Below, piece after piece: positions 22,856 to 32,613 of a stretch of DNA of 64,000 nt (the first letter of the stretch is position 1; each line of letters opens with the position of its first letter). This stretch comes from Polyangiales bacterium (lineage in GTDB: Bacteria; Myxococcota_A; Polyangia; Polyangiales; Polyangiaceae). The stretch covers positions 32,001 through 96,000 of the forward strand of contig JBBRLQ010000011.1 in NCBI GenBank assembly GCA_038231275.1, given 5' to 3'. Below the pieces are notes generated by a model that saw only the letters and a list, made by a program, of their open reading frames with translations, was not told where the DNA came from and did no database searches. Made by a program: the position numbers and the translations under genes.

Positions 22856-24166
22856 CTACTGGCAGCGCAGCTGCCACACGTGAAAGCCCACGCCGTTGCC
22901 GCCGGTCCACAGGAGACTCTGCCCGAGCTTCACGAGGCTGTTGTTGTTGATCCCCACACCCTTGAGCGGCACGTTGGCGCTCGCGACGGGCTTGGTGAGA
23001 TCGATCCCCGTCGGGTAGTCGGCGAAGCTGCCCATGCCGGCGAGCGCCACCGCCCCTTTGCCGTCGGCGCCGATGCGGTAGACCCATCCCTTGTTCGAGC
23101 CGGCGATCAGGTTCTGCCCGTCGTTCGTGAGCGCGAAGATGATCGCCTGCTGCGACGAGTCGGTGTTCGGATATACGCCGCGCGCCTGGTAGACGACCTT
23201 CTGCGCGCCCGACGTGGGGTCGATCTCCCAGAGCAGATCGTCGGTGACGGTCGCGCCGGAGACGTACAGCTTGCCGTTCAAGACGGTCATCGCCAGCGGG
23301 TTCTCCTGATTGGCCGCCGAGTACTTGAAGAGCGTCGATACCGTGTGCGCGGCGTCGTTCGCGATCTTCTTGATCTTGGCGTTGCCCTTGTCTGCAAAGT
23401 ACACGTTTCCCTGCGCGTCGGCGGTGGGGATGGCGATGCCATTGAACTTCGCGCTCGCGCCGGGGCCGTCGACGTCGCCGGGCGACGCCACACCGCCGGA
23501 GATGTCTTGGTCGAGCGTCTTCGCCGGGTTGCCGGCGTAGGGGGCCGCAGTGCACGTCGCCGCGGGCGTCTTGAGCTCCACGAAGCCGTTGCCGCGGGTG
23601 TCGACGACGAGGACGTTCCCGTTGGGGAGCGCCGTGACGCCGTTCACGATGATGAAGCGCGCCGCCGAGCACGCGCCGCTCGGCGTGTAGGACGACGTCG
23701 AGTCGGTCTCGTCGCCCGCGACCCGCAGCACCTTCGTCCCCTCGGTGCGCCAGACCTCCTGGTTCGTGTCGATGTACACGGTCTGCCCGACGACCGTGAG
23801 GTTCTCGCTGCGCAGCGGCGGATCGGCGAGCTTCTCCTGCCCGGCCGGATTCCACCCGCCGAGCGTTCCGTTGAAGTACGGGTTGCCGGAGAAGAGCACG
23901 GCGTCCGGACAGCTGGAGATCGCGGCTCCCCCTCCTCCGTCGTTGCCGCCGCCGCCATCGTTGCCGCCGCTGCCGTCGTTGCCGCCGCTTGCGTCGTTGC
24001 CACCCGCGTCGTTGCCGCCGCCCCCGCCGTCGCTGCCCCCGCCGCCGGCGTCGCCGGTGGGGGTGCCGTTGGGCGTGTCGGTCTTGGCGGCGGGAGAGCA
24101 GGCGGCGAAAAGAGCGGCAACGGACGCCGCGAGCACAGCGGACAAGCAGGTGTGGGAATAGTTCAC
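22856..24166 (-). CDS. NHL-repeat-like beta-propeller lipoprotein
   Basis: RBS AAGGAG; FAAC lipobox; GGND linker repeats; DGPGASAKFN, ADAQGNVYFADKGN. Confidence 0.8.
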   Translation of the reverse strand: MNYSHTCLSAVLAASVAALFAACSPAAKTDTPNGTPTGDAGGGGSDGGGGGNDAGGNDASGGNDGSGGNDGGGGNDGGGGAAISSCPDAVLFSGNPYFNGTLGGWNPAGQEKLADPPLRSENLTVVGQTVYIDTNQEVWRTEGTKVLRVAGDETDSTSSYTPSGACSAARFIIVNGVTALPNGNVLVVDTRGNGFVELKTPAATCTAAPYAGNPAKTLDQDISGGVASPGDVDGPGASAKFNGIAIPTADAQGNVYFADKGNAKIKKIANDAAHTVSTLFKYSAANQENPLAMTVLNGKLYVSGATVTDDLLWEIDPTSGAQKVVYQARGVYPNTDSSQQAIIFALTNDGQNLIAGSNKGWVYRIGADGKGAVALAGMGSFADYPTGIDLTKPVASANVPLKGVGINNNSLVKLGQSLLWTGGNGVGFHVWQLRCQ

Positions 24167-24195
24167 GGTTGGATCTCCTTCGGTGGAGACCCTTT

Positions 24196-24211
24196 AGCAA
24201 GCGATGTACCG
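24196..24211 (-). promoter_or_regulatory. Sigma54 (-24/-12) promoter
   Basis: Minus strand CGGTACATCGCTTGCT = GG-N10-GC upstream of the 24166 CDS. Confidence 0.7.
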
Positions 24212-24260
24212 CAGCGAGTCGCGGTAAATGATCGGGGTTTGGCGGAAATGCGCGCGCGAC

Positions 24261-24302
24261 TGCAACGCCTTTCCCGGTGGCATGCAACGCGCGGGCAGTT
24301 GC
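24261..24302. promoter_or_regulatory. Double palindrome, putative enhancer
   Basis: Minus strand GCAAC-N9-GTTGC-AT-GCCAC-N10-GTTGCA, matching 17221-17260. Confidence 0.65.
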
Positions 24303-24311
24303 GCCCGCACG

Positions 24312-25703
24312 TCACTCGCCGCGGTACGCGCGCGGATCAATATCGAAGCGCCGGAGCCAGCGCTGGACTTGCTGCCGGGCCTTGCCCATCGCGCGCGCGA
24401 CCTCGGTGACGTTTCCCTTCGCCTCGCCGAGGCGGACGAGGAGCTCCCTCCGCAACTCCACGTCGCGCGCGTCGGGCACGTCTTCGGGCGACGGTGCGAC
24501 GTCCTCGAGCGCAGAGGCGACCGCCGCCGGCAGATCCTCGACGGTGACGACGCCGTCCTTGGCGAGCACCGAGGCGGCGTGCATGCATTGTTCGAGCTCG
24601 CGCACGTTCATCGGCCACGCGTGACGGAGGAGGGCGCGCGTCGCCTCCTGATCGAGGCGCATCTCGGCGCCGCCAATCTTCCCGGCGCGGGAGAGCGCGG
24701 CGACGAGGACGCCGAGATCGACCTTTCGCTCGCGCAGCGGCGGCAGGAGGAAGGTGTACCCCGCGAGCCGCGCATAGAGGTCGCGACGGAACGCGCCGCG
24801 CTCGATGAGCTCCTCGATGGGCATGTGCGTGGCGGCGACGATCCGCACGTCCACCTTCGCTGGCTGCGTGCTGCCCACCGGCATGACCTCCCCTTCTTGG
24901 ATCACCCGTAAGAGCGCGGCCTGCGAGCTCATCGGCAGATCGCCGATCTCGTCGAGGAGCAGCGTCCCGAAATTCGCCGCGCGCACCAAGCCGATCTCGT
25001 CCTTCACGGCGCCGGAGAACGCGCCGCGCAGGTGGCCGAAGAGCTGCGACTCGACGAGGTTCGCCGGGATGGCGCCGCAGTTGACGGCGACGAACGGACC
25101 GGGTCGCTTGGAGAGCGAGTGAACGGCGCGCGCCATCACCTCCTTGCCCGTGCCGGTCTCACCGAAGAGAAGGATCGAGAGCTGGGACGGCGCGACACGC
25201 GCGAGGCGCGCGAGGCGCTGGGCGAAGGATGGGTCGAGCGTGACGAGGCCGGGCGGTGCCGTCGCCGCGGCGTCGGGGATCAGATCCTGCGCGCGTCCGC
25301 CGGTGTCCTCTTCCACGTCGCGGTACACGAAGGCCGTTTGTCCGAGCGCGACGACGTCATGGTCCTCGAGCGCGTGAGCCTCGACCGCCGCGCCGTTGAC
25401 GCGCGATCCGTTGGTGGAGCCTGCGTCTTCGAGGAGGAACCGCCCCTCCTTCCTCACGATGCGCGCGTGCGCGCTGCTCATCCGCGGATCGGGGATCTCG
25501 AGGGTGGCCTTGGAGCCCGACGCGCGGCGCAACGTGCGGGCGTCGCCGCGGCCGATCGCGAGCTCGTCGAGGTCCGCGAGCGCGACCCGAAGCCCACCGG
25601 CGTCGAGCCGCGCGCCCTCGAGGACGAGGAACAGGTACGGCTCGATTCGCGCGCCGCGCGCGCCCCCGCCGGACGGATCTCGCTCGGTCGATTCGATGGG
25701 CAC
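24312..25703 (-). CDS. FHA-domain sigma54 enhancer-binding protein
   Basis: FHA (IGR, MSSAHA, DAGSTNG), GETGTGKE, GAFSGA, LLDEIG, WPMNVREL, HTH. Confidence 0.92.
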   Translation of the reverse strand: MPIESTERDPSGGGARGARIEPYLFLVLEGARLDAGGLRVALADLDELAIGRGDARTLRRASGSKATLEIPDPRMSSAHARIVRKEGRFLLEDAGSTNGSRVNGAAVEAHALEDHDVVALGQTAFVYRDVEEDTGGRAQDLIPDAAATAPPGLVTLDPSFAQRLARLARVAPSQLSILLFGETGTGKEVMARAVHSLSKRPGPFVAVNCGAIPANLVESQLFGHLRGAFSGAVKDEIGLVRAANFGTLLLDEIGDLPMSSQAALLRVIQEGEVMPVGSTQPAKVDVRIVAATHMPIEELIERGAFRRDLYARLAGYTFLLPPLRERKVDLGVLVAALSRAGKIGGAEMRLDQEATRALLRHAWPMNVRELEQCMHAASVLAKDGVVTVEDLPAAVASALEDVAPSPEDVPDARDVELRRELLVRLGEAKGNVTEVARAMGKARQQVQRWLRRFDIDPRAYRGE

Positions 25704-25732
25704 ACGCCCATTCTAGAGCGGAAGCGCGGAGG

Positions 25733-27196
25733 CTAGTAGCCCATGTCGGCCATGCCCGACTTGTTTGCCTTGAGCGCCTCGTCGCGCTGGACGGCCTTCG
25801 GTGCCGCCGCTGCCGCGCCCGCCGCGCGCCGCGTCGCCTGGATGCTCGCCGCGCTCGCGTCGAGGCGCTTCTTCTGCGTGTCGTCCTTGGTCACGGCCGC
25901 TTGCGCGACGATTTTGCGCTCCGCCGCCGCGAGCTCCTTGTCCGCGTCGACGAACTGCCCTTGGTTCATCGCCTGCGCGGCCTGCATCTTCAGCTTGCCG
26001 GCCTCTTGAACTGCGACGATCGCCTGCGTGCGCGCGCTCGCGTGGCTCGCGATGGCCGAGCCGTCGCTCGTCGCCGACACACGCGCCACGGTCTCCTGGA
26101 TGCGCTCGAGATCGCCGTCGTTCGGATCGTGGAACACGAGGCGCACGCTCGCGAGCGGCTTCTGCGCCGCACCCTCGAAGCGCGCCGGATCCACGCGCAC
26201 CTTCACGAGCGCCTCGCGGTGCTGCCCCGAGTAGAGAGCGCCGAGCGGGATTCGAAGCGCGCCGGAAGGCTGCCAGTCGGTGCGGATGCCGTCGGTCCCG
26301 ACCAGGCGAACACCCGGCGCGGGCATGACTTCGACGAACGCGTCGCTCGCGACGGTCGACGTGAGGAGCTCGACCTCCTTGCGTAGGAACGCGGTCATCT
26401 CGACCGGATCGCTCACGTGGAAGAGGCGCCCGCTCGACCTGATCGCGAGCGCGTTGAGCGTGTGCTCGTCGTAGTCGTTGCCGACGCCAAGCGAGGTGAC
26501 CTGCGCGCGGAAACGGAGGCCGCGTTCCGCGACCATCCCGAGCGCCTCGGGCGTCGACGGGCCGACGTTCGCGATGCCATCCGAGATGACGACGACGCGG
26601 CGGACCGTGTGCGTCCCCGGCGCCTGCGCGACGTGCGCCTCGCCGAGCGAAAGGCCATCGAACAAGTTCGTCGAGCCTTGCGGACGGAGGCGCGCGACGG
26701 CGGCGAGCAAGCGCTCGCGCGAGTCCGGCGTGATGACCGTCGGCGCCACGAACGTCTCGGCGCGATCGCTGAAGGTGTCGATCGACACGATGTCGCCGTC
26801 CTGCATCGCCTCGATGAGCTGCTTCGCAGCGGCGCGCGCGTTGGTGATCTTCGCACCGGCCATCGAGCCGCTCGTGTCGACGACGAGGGCCAGATCCACC
26901 GGCGGCTTGTTCGCGATCTTCACCATCGGCACGTCGACCCACACGCCGAGGAACGCGTCGGTGGTCCCGCTGAGGATCATCTCGCTCTCGGCGCTTGCGC
27001 CGATCCAGTTGCCGGCCTTGATGGCGTCGGCGGGCTCGATGCCCTTGGGCTCCTCTGCTGCTGCGACCGGCGCGGACGCCGGATCCTTGACGACCGGAGC
27101 CGCGACCGCCGGCGTCGCCGCCTTGCCGCTCGCGCCGCAACCGGTCATGAGCGTCGCCGTCACCGCCAGAATCCCGAGAATCGCCGCGCGTCGCAT
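25733..27196 (-). CDS. VWA-domain lipoprotein
   Basis: MTGC lipobox; MIDAS DTSGSM, GSTNL, ISDG; RBS AAGGAG. Confidence 0.88.
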   Translation of the reverse strand: MRRAAILGILAVTATLMTGCGASGKAATPAVAAPVVKDPASAPVAAAEEPKGIEPADAIKAGNWIGASAESEMILSGTTDAFLGVWVDVPMVKIANKPPVDLALVVDTSGSMAGAKITNARAAAKQLIEAMQDGDIVSIDTFSDRAETFVAPTVITPDSRERLLAAVARLRPQGSTNLFDGLSLGEAHVAQAPGTHTVRRVVVISDGIANVGPSTPEALGMVAERGLRFRAQVTSLGVGNDYDEHTLNALAIRSSGRLFHVSDPVEMTAFLRKEVELLTSTVASDAFVEVMPAPGVRLVGTDGIRTDWQPSGALRIPLGALYSGQHREALVKVRVDPARFEGAAQKPLASVRLVFHDPNDGDLERIQETVARVSATSDGSAIASHASARTQAIVAVQEAGKLKMQAAQAMNQGQFVDADKELAAAERKIVAQAAVTKDDTQKKRLDASAASIQATRRAAGAAAAAPKAVQRDEALKANKSGMADMGY

Positions 27197-27294
27197 GCCG
27201 TGCTCCTTTGGAGATCACCCTTCGCCGTCGTGGCGTCGTCGTGTGTCCTACGTACGCGCGCGCTCGGCGAAAGATCTGGTAATGCTCGGCCGCG

Positions 27295-27879
27295 ATGCCG
27301 ACCTTCGACGAAGGCTACTACCAGCGCTTCTATATGGCGAAAAAGACTCGAGTTTCGAGCCCCGCGCAGGTCGCCCATTTGTGCGCGGGGGCGGTCGGGA
27401 TGATCCGCTGGTTCGGCGGCGACGTGGCCACCGTCCTGGACGTGGGCGCCGGCGTCGGCCTGTGGCGCGACTGGTTTCAGGAGCACGTGCGCGGCGTGAA
27501 ATACCGGTCGACCGAGATCAGCGACTACGCCTGCAAGGCCTACGGTCACGAGAAGCGCGACATCGCGACGTGGCGCTCGAAGGAGAAGTTCGATCTTGTC
27601 GTCTGCCAAGGCGTGCTCCCGTACCTCACGGATCGCGACGCGGCCTCGGCGCTCGAGAATTTGGCTGCCATGACGCGCGGCTTCCTCTACCTCGAGGCCA
27701 TCACGCGCCGCGATCTCGACGACGTCTGCGACCGCGATCTCACTGACGTAAGTGTCCGCGAGCGACCCGGCAGCTTCTACCTGAGCCGCCTCGACCGCCA
27801 GTTCACGCGCCTGGGCTGCGGCCTCTTCTACAAGAAAGCGGGGCCTCTCCTCTTCTACGAGCTCGAGTGCCTCGTCTGA
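27295..27879 (+). CDS. Class I SAM-dependent methyltransferase
   Basis: VLDVGAGVG; FDLVVCQGVLPYL. Confidence 0.85.
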   Translation: MPTFDEGYYQRFYMAKKTRVSSPAQVAHLCAGAVGMIRWFGGDVATVLDVGAGVGLWRDWFQEHVRGVKYRSTEISDYACKAYGHEKRDIATWRSKEKFDLVVCQGVLPYLTDRDAASALENLAAMTRGFLYLEAITRRDLDDVCDRDLTDVSVRERPGSFYLSRLDRQFTRLGCGLFYKKAGPLLFYELECLV

Positions 27880-27924
27880 GGCTCTCGGCGTGCCCGGAGC
27901 CGGCGGGTTCGACGGCGCGCCGCG

Positions 27925-27954
27925 AAGTTGTATTACAAATTTGTATTACAACTT
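27925..27954. promoter_or_regulatory. AT-rich 30-bp palindrome, putative operator
   Basis: AAGTTGTATTACAAATTTGTATTACAACTT, containing two TTGTATTACAA units. Confidence 0.6.
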
Positions 27955-28088
27955 GGTGGTTGAAAGCTCTCGCTGCACTGGATCTTTGAACGACCGGCCA
28001 GGGGCACCAGTTCCCTCGGTGCAGCGGTTGTAACCGAAGGAAACAACTGAAAATCCCATTAGGCACACATGTCGCATAATGGGCGAGC

Positions 28089-30029
28089 ATGTCGTTCTTT
28101 GGATATTCCGCGGTTGCCCTCGTCCTGACCGGAGTCTCGCTCGTCGCCGTCGCGGGTTGCTCGTCGAGCGACGCCTCCAGCAGCTCTTCGGCCGCGGCGG
28201 TCAAAGCGAACGGCTTCGACCGCAACGACGTCCTCGACGACGCCTCCCTCGTCGATGTGGAGGCGATGAGCGAAGAGCAGGTTCAGGCGTTCCTCGAGAA
28301 GACCCCGTATGGCACGCGCTCGGGCCTCGCGGACTACACGGTCGGCAGCAAGACGGCGGCGGCGCTCATCCACGACGCGGCCGTCAAGAGCCGCATCAAC
28401 CCGCTGGTCATGCTCGTGCGACTCCAGATGGAAGAGGGGCTCATCCACGCGACCAACGCCGTCGACGCGAAGGTGGACATCGCGTTCGGCTGCGGCTGCG
28501 AGAGCGCCTCGTCGTGCGACGACAAGTATGTCGGCCTCGCGAACCAATCGACCTGCATGGCGCGCACGCTCCGTCGCGACATGGACCAGCTCGCGCAAGG
28601 CGGCTCGACCCTCTCGGGCTGGAAGCCGTGCGTCGCGAAGAAGGCCGAGGACGGATTGTCGGTCACGCCGGCGAACAACGCGACGGCGGCGCTCTACACG
28701 TATACGCCGTGGGTCGGTGAGGCCGGCGGCGGCGAGAAGGGCGTCGGAGGCGCGAGCCTGCACAAGCAGGTCTGGGCGAAGTACTCGACCTACGCCGGCT
28801 ACGGCCAGAAGAAGCAGATCCAGGCCGACAAGGGCGGCGCGTGCGGCGCAGATCATGGCGGCGGCAGCGGCGGAACGACGGACGACGCGGGCAGCGGCGG
28901 CGGCGTCGTGACCCCGCCGGCCGGCGGTTGCACCGACGACTCGCAGTGCGCGGACGCCACGCCGGTGTGCGATCGCGTCGGCAAGAAGTGCGTGGCCTGC
29001 CAGGCCGACTACGCCGCAGAGAACGCCGCGCCGCTGGCGTGCCCGACCCTAGCTGCCCCCGCGTGCGTCTCGACCGGACCCGGCGCCGGCAGCTGCGCCG
29101 AGTGCAGCGATCAGAACTCGACGGTCTGCGACGCGAGCGATGCGACGCCGGCTTGCAACACCGACAACGGGACCTGCGGCTGCACGGCCGACGGCGACTG
29201 CGGCGAAGCCAAAGTCTGCGACACGACGGCGAGCAAGTGCATCGACGGCTGCCGCGTGAGCGCGGGCGCCGACTCGTGCCCGACCGGCAAGGTGTGCAGC
29301 ACGAAGGACGGCACCGTCGGCAAGTGCATCGGCGAGACGTGCGAGCAGACGGGCTGCAAGACGGTGCCGAACCTGAAATGCGACACGACCGCCACGACGC
29401 CCACGTGCGTGGAGTGCCTCGCCGACGCCGACTGCACGGGCGGCAAGGTCTGCGACCCGCACGCGAAGAAGTGCGTCGAGTGCGCGGTGGGCGACAAGAA
29501 GGCGTGCGACGCGACGAAGACCGGCAGCGCGTGCTTGCCGACCAACCTCTGCGGATGTGTCGCCGACGCCGACTGCGGCAACGCGACGAGCGGGCGCGTT
29601 TGTGACAAGGTCGCCCACGCATGCAAGGCGGGCTGCCGCGACGTCGGTGGCAACGGCTGCCCCGATGGACAGACGTGCACGTCGGGCGACAAGGACGTCG
29701 GAACCTGCAAGGCCGTGACGACGCCCACGCCGCCCGGCGGCAAAGGTTCGGGGTCGGGCTCGGGCTCGGGCACGGGTTCGGGTTCGGGTTCCGGCTCGGG
29801 CTCGGGTTCGGGGGAGACCCTCGGCGGCGGCGGCGGTCACGTTCCTTCGAAGGGCAGCGGCGGTGGCGCGGCCGCCGACCCGACAACGCCCGATCCGACG
29901 GCGACCGACCCGGCGCCGGCAAAGAAGGGCTGCGCCGTGGGCGCCTCGTCGCCGGCCGACGGCGGAGTGTTCTTCGGGATGGCAATCGTCGTCGGCGCGA
30001 TGATGAAGCGTCGCCGCCGCACGGCCTGA
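28089..30029 (+). CDS. Cell-surface Cys-rich protein with MYXO-CTERM sorting signal
   Basis: VAGC lipobox; globular N-domain; CxxDxDC repeats; GS linker; KKGCAVG + TM + KRRRR tail. Confidence 0.85.
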   Translation: MSFFGYSAVALVLTGVSLVAVAGCSSSDASSSSSAAAVKANGFDRNDVLDDASLVDVEAMSEEQVQAFLEKTPYGTRSGLADYTVGSKTAAALIHDAAVKSRINPLVMLVRLQMEEGLIHATNAVDAKVDIAFGCGCESASSCDDKYVGLANQSTCMARTLRRDMDQLAQGGSTLSGWKPCVAKKAEDGLSVTPANNATAALYTYTPWVGEAGGGEKGVGGASLHKQVWAKYSTYAGYGQKKQIQADKGGACGADHGGGSGGTTDDAGSGGGVVTPPAGGCTDDSQCADATPVCDRVGKKCVACQADYAAENAAPLACPTLAAPACVSTGPGAGSCAECSDQNSTVCDASDATPACNTDNGTCGCTADGDCGEAKVCDTTASKCIDGCRVSAGADSCPTGKVCSTKDGTVGKCIGETCEQTGCKTVPNLKCDTTATTPTCVECLADADCTGGKVCDPHAKKCVECAVGDKKACDATKTGSACLPTNLCGCVADADCGNATSGRVCDKVAHACKAGCRDVGGNGCPDGQTCTSGDKDVGTCKAVTTPTPPGGKGSGSGSGSGTGSGSGSGSGSGSGETLGGGGGHVPSKGSGGGAAADPTTPDPTATDPAPAKKGCAVGASSPADGGVFFGMAIVVGAMMKRRRRTA

Positions 30030-30042
30030 TCCGCGAGTTCTC

Positions 30043-30990
30043 TTACGCGGTGAGAAACTCCGCGATCGGAGAGAACACCCGCTCCTGCGCGCCGCGGGCG
30101 ACGAAGAGATCGGCGTGCGCGATCGGCGTGGCCGCGTCGCCCACGCACAGGAGCTCCTTCACGCGGGAGCCGACCTCGTCGAAGATCGCGCGGCCCGTCG
30201 CCGGAGGGACGATGCCGTCTTGGTTGGCGACGACGACGAGTACCGGCTTGTCGAGGGTCCCCAGCGCCTGCGACACGTTGACGCCATCCACCACGAGCTC
30301 GCGGCGCTTGAGCCACTCGGCGATCTCGCGGTTCATGCGCGGGCTCGGATCTTCGACGGTGTTCACCATCGTCGGCGCGTGAGACAAATCGGTCGACTGC
30401 GCGTGAACGTAGAGGTTCAAGAGGCGCGGCGCGATGCGGGCGAGGATTGGGAGCGCACGGCTCGCCATCTGACGGGTGCCGCCCATCGGCACCATCCCGA
30501 CCAGGCGCGGCGACGCGAACGCCACGCGCACGAGCGGATGCGGATCTTTCCACGTGACGAGGCCGCCGAGTGAGACGAGTGCGCGCACGGGCGCGGCGGG
30601 CACGCAGGCGACGTGCGCGAAGGAGAGCGCGGCGCCGAGGCTGCACCCGACGAGATCGACCGTCTTCATTCCCGACCACTGGCGCGCACCTTCGATCGCG
30701 ACGCCGAGATCGGTCACCGCGAGATCGCGGAGCCCGAAGCGCTTGTTGCCGCCGGCGTTCTCGGCGCGACCCTGCGCGCGCAGGTCCACGCTGTAGACGT
30801 CGATGCCACGCGACGCGAGGTAGGCCTCGAGCGATAGACCGCTCGGGTGAAAGCCGAAGATGAACGAGTTCATCCCGTAGCCGGGCACCAGCAGCGCGGC
30901 CCGAAGCGCGCGGCCGTGCGCCGGCGTGCGTTTCAGCGCGATCCGCCAGCCGTCGCCATTGTCGACGAGCCGGACGTCGGGCGTCGTCAT
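30043..30990 (-). CDS. Alpha/beta hydrolase (PhaC/lipase-like)
   Basis: LLVPGY, DLRAQG, GCSLG nucleophile elbow, DGIVP, HADL; ATGA overlap with the upstream gene. Confidence 0.85.
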   Translation of the reverse strand: MTTPDVRLVDNGDGWRIALKRTPAHGRALRAALLVPGYGMNSFIFGFHPSGLSLEAYLASRGIDVYSVDLRAQGRAENAGGNKRFGLRDLAVTDLGVAIEGARQWSGMKTVDLVGCSLGAALSFAHVACVPAAPVRALVSLGGLVTWKDPHPLVRVAFASPRLVGMVPMGGTRQMASRALPILARIAPRLLNLYVHAQSTDLSHAPTMVNTVEDPSPRMNREIAEWLKRRELVVDGVNVSQALGTLDKPVLVVVANQDGIVPPATGRAIFDEVGSRVKELLCVGDAATPIAHADLFVARGAQERVFSPIAEFLTA

Positions 30991-32195
30991 GCGAGGACCA
31001 CGAACTTCAGGTACCGACCTTCGGTCCACGCGGGCAGGGTGGGGTGGTCCGACGGAGGACCGTGGAGCTCGACGAGCCGCAAATCGCTCCGCCCCAGCGA
31101 CGCGTCGTCGAGCGTCGTCGCGAACGCCTGCGCGTCGACGTGGCTCGAGCACGACGACGCGCAGAAGACTCCGCCCGGCGCGAGCACCTCGGCGCACGCG
31201 CGGTGCAGCTTGCGGTAGGCGGAGAGCGCGCGCGGGACGCTCTTCTCGTTTGGCGCGAAGCTCGGCGGATCGCTGATCACGATCTCCCAGGTCCGCCCGC
31301 GCCGCTTGGCCTCTTCGAGGAACGCGAACGCATCGGCCGACGCGAACTCGTGCGCGCGCGGATCGACGCCGGCGGCCGAGAAGCTCGCCTGCGCCGTCGC
31401 GTGCGCTTGCGCCGCGATGTCCACGCTCGTCGTCTTGGCCCCCGCGAGCGCGGCGTGCAGCGAGAAGCCGCCGGCATACGAGAAGAGGTTCAGGACGCGC
31501 GCTGCCTTCCGCGACATCGTGAGCTCACCGACGCGCCGCCGGCTCTCCCGTTGATCGAGGAAGGCGCCGGTCTTTTGGCCGCGCAACAGATCGACCACGA
31601 ACGGGACGCCATGCTCCCGGACCGTGAGCGTGTCGGGCGGCGCGTCGCCGAAGCGCACCGTCCGTTCGCGGCCTTTGTCCTTGGTGTCTTTGTCGGCGTC
31701 GCTGGCGCGCGCGCCGGAGCGCTCCACGAGCGTCTTTACGCCGAGCGCCTCGAGCGGCGCGCGCAAGAGGCGTGCAATCCTTGCCCCGTGCACGATCGCT
31801 GCGTCGCCGTCGAGCCGGAGCACTGCGACGTGACCGTACCGATCGACGACGACGCCGGGCATCCGATCCCCTTCGCCGTGGACCAGTCGGTACGCCGTCG
31901 TCGAGTCGTCGAACGTCCAGGCACGCAGGGCGAGCGCGCGCGCGACGCGGCCCTCGATCGACGCGTCGTCGATCGGCGCGCGCCCCGTCGTCCAGACCCT
32001 CACCGCGATCGGCGAGCCCGGATCCCAGATTCCGCGCCCGAGCGCTTCGCCCTTTTCGTCGACAAGCTGCACTTCCGCGCCCACCGGTCCCGCGTCGTCG
32101 GCGCCTCGCGCCAGCGCTCCTCTCCAGACCCACGGATGCCCATGACGGACGGCGTCGGCACCGGCGCGCCGCAGCACGATCTCGGGGATGCGCAC
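30987..32195 (-). CDS. rlmI: RlmI-like rRNA m5C methyltransferase
   Basis: PUA-like GHPWVW, RLVHGEGDRMPG, GQKTGAFLDQRE, VLNLFSYAGGF, DPPSFA, SCSSH, EGRYLK. Confidence 0.8.
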   Translation of the reverse strand: MRIPEIVLRRAGADAVRHGHPWVWRGALARGADDAGPVGAEVQLVDEKGEALGRGIWDPGSPIAVRVWTTGRAPIDDASIEGRVARALALRAWTFDDSTTAYRLVHGEGDRMPGVVVDRYGHVAVLRLDGDAAIVHGARIARLLRAPLEALGVKTLVERSGARASDADKDTKDKGRERTVRFGDAPPDTLTVREHGVPFVVDLLRGQKTGAFLDQRESRRRVGELTMSRKAARVLNLFSYAGGFSLHAALAGAKTTSVDIAAQAHATAQASFSAAGVDPRAHEFASADAFAFLEEAKRRGRTWEIVISDPPSFAPNEKSVPRALSAYRKLHRACAEVLAPGGVFCASSCSSHVDAQAFATTLDDASLGRSDLRLVELHGPPSDHPTLPAWTEGRYLKFVVLA

Positions 32196-32613
32196 GGACT
32201 TCACTCTAACGTCACGGCCTCGTCGTCGTCGCGGCCGATCGGAGTGCGATACGGTCGGAGGTACACTCACACTCGCTGTGCCAACCTGGCGCAATCACGG
32301 GAACGTTTTGGGACATTGTCGTCGTGCGGCGATTGACGCGGCATGCTTCCATACGCTCAAATCCACGAATTCCCGGCGCGCACAGCCTTTGCTTTACGGC
32401 CCCGTCATGGCGGCACCGAACGGTCTCGAGAACGTATTTGTCGATGAAGGCACTGGCATCTGGCCATCAAACGGCAAAGAAGAAGAAGTCGGAAAGATCG
32501 CTTCGTCTTCCGCCGCGCCACTAGCAAAGAGCGCGGAGGAGTCCCCGGTCGAAGGGGTTCACGGCGCGCCAGACGGCAGCAGCAGCAGCACTAGAAGAGC
32601 CTCGAGAGGTCCG

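Noticed and set aside
29745..29812. (GGNTCG)n repeat
   Set aside because: Degenerate Gly-Ser coding linker before the MYXO-CTERM tag; ordinary
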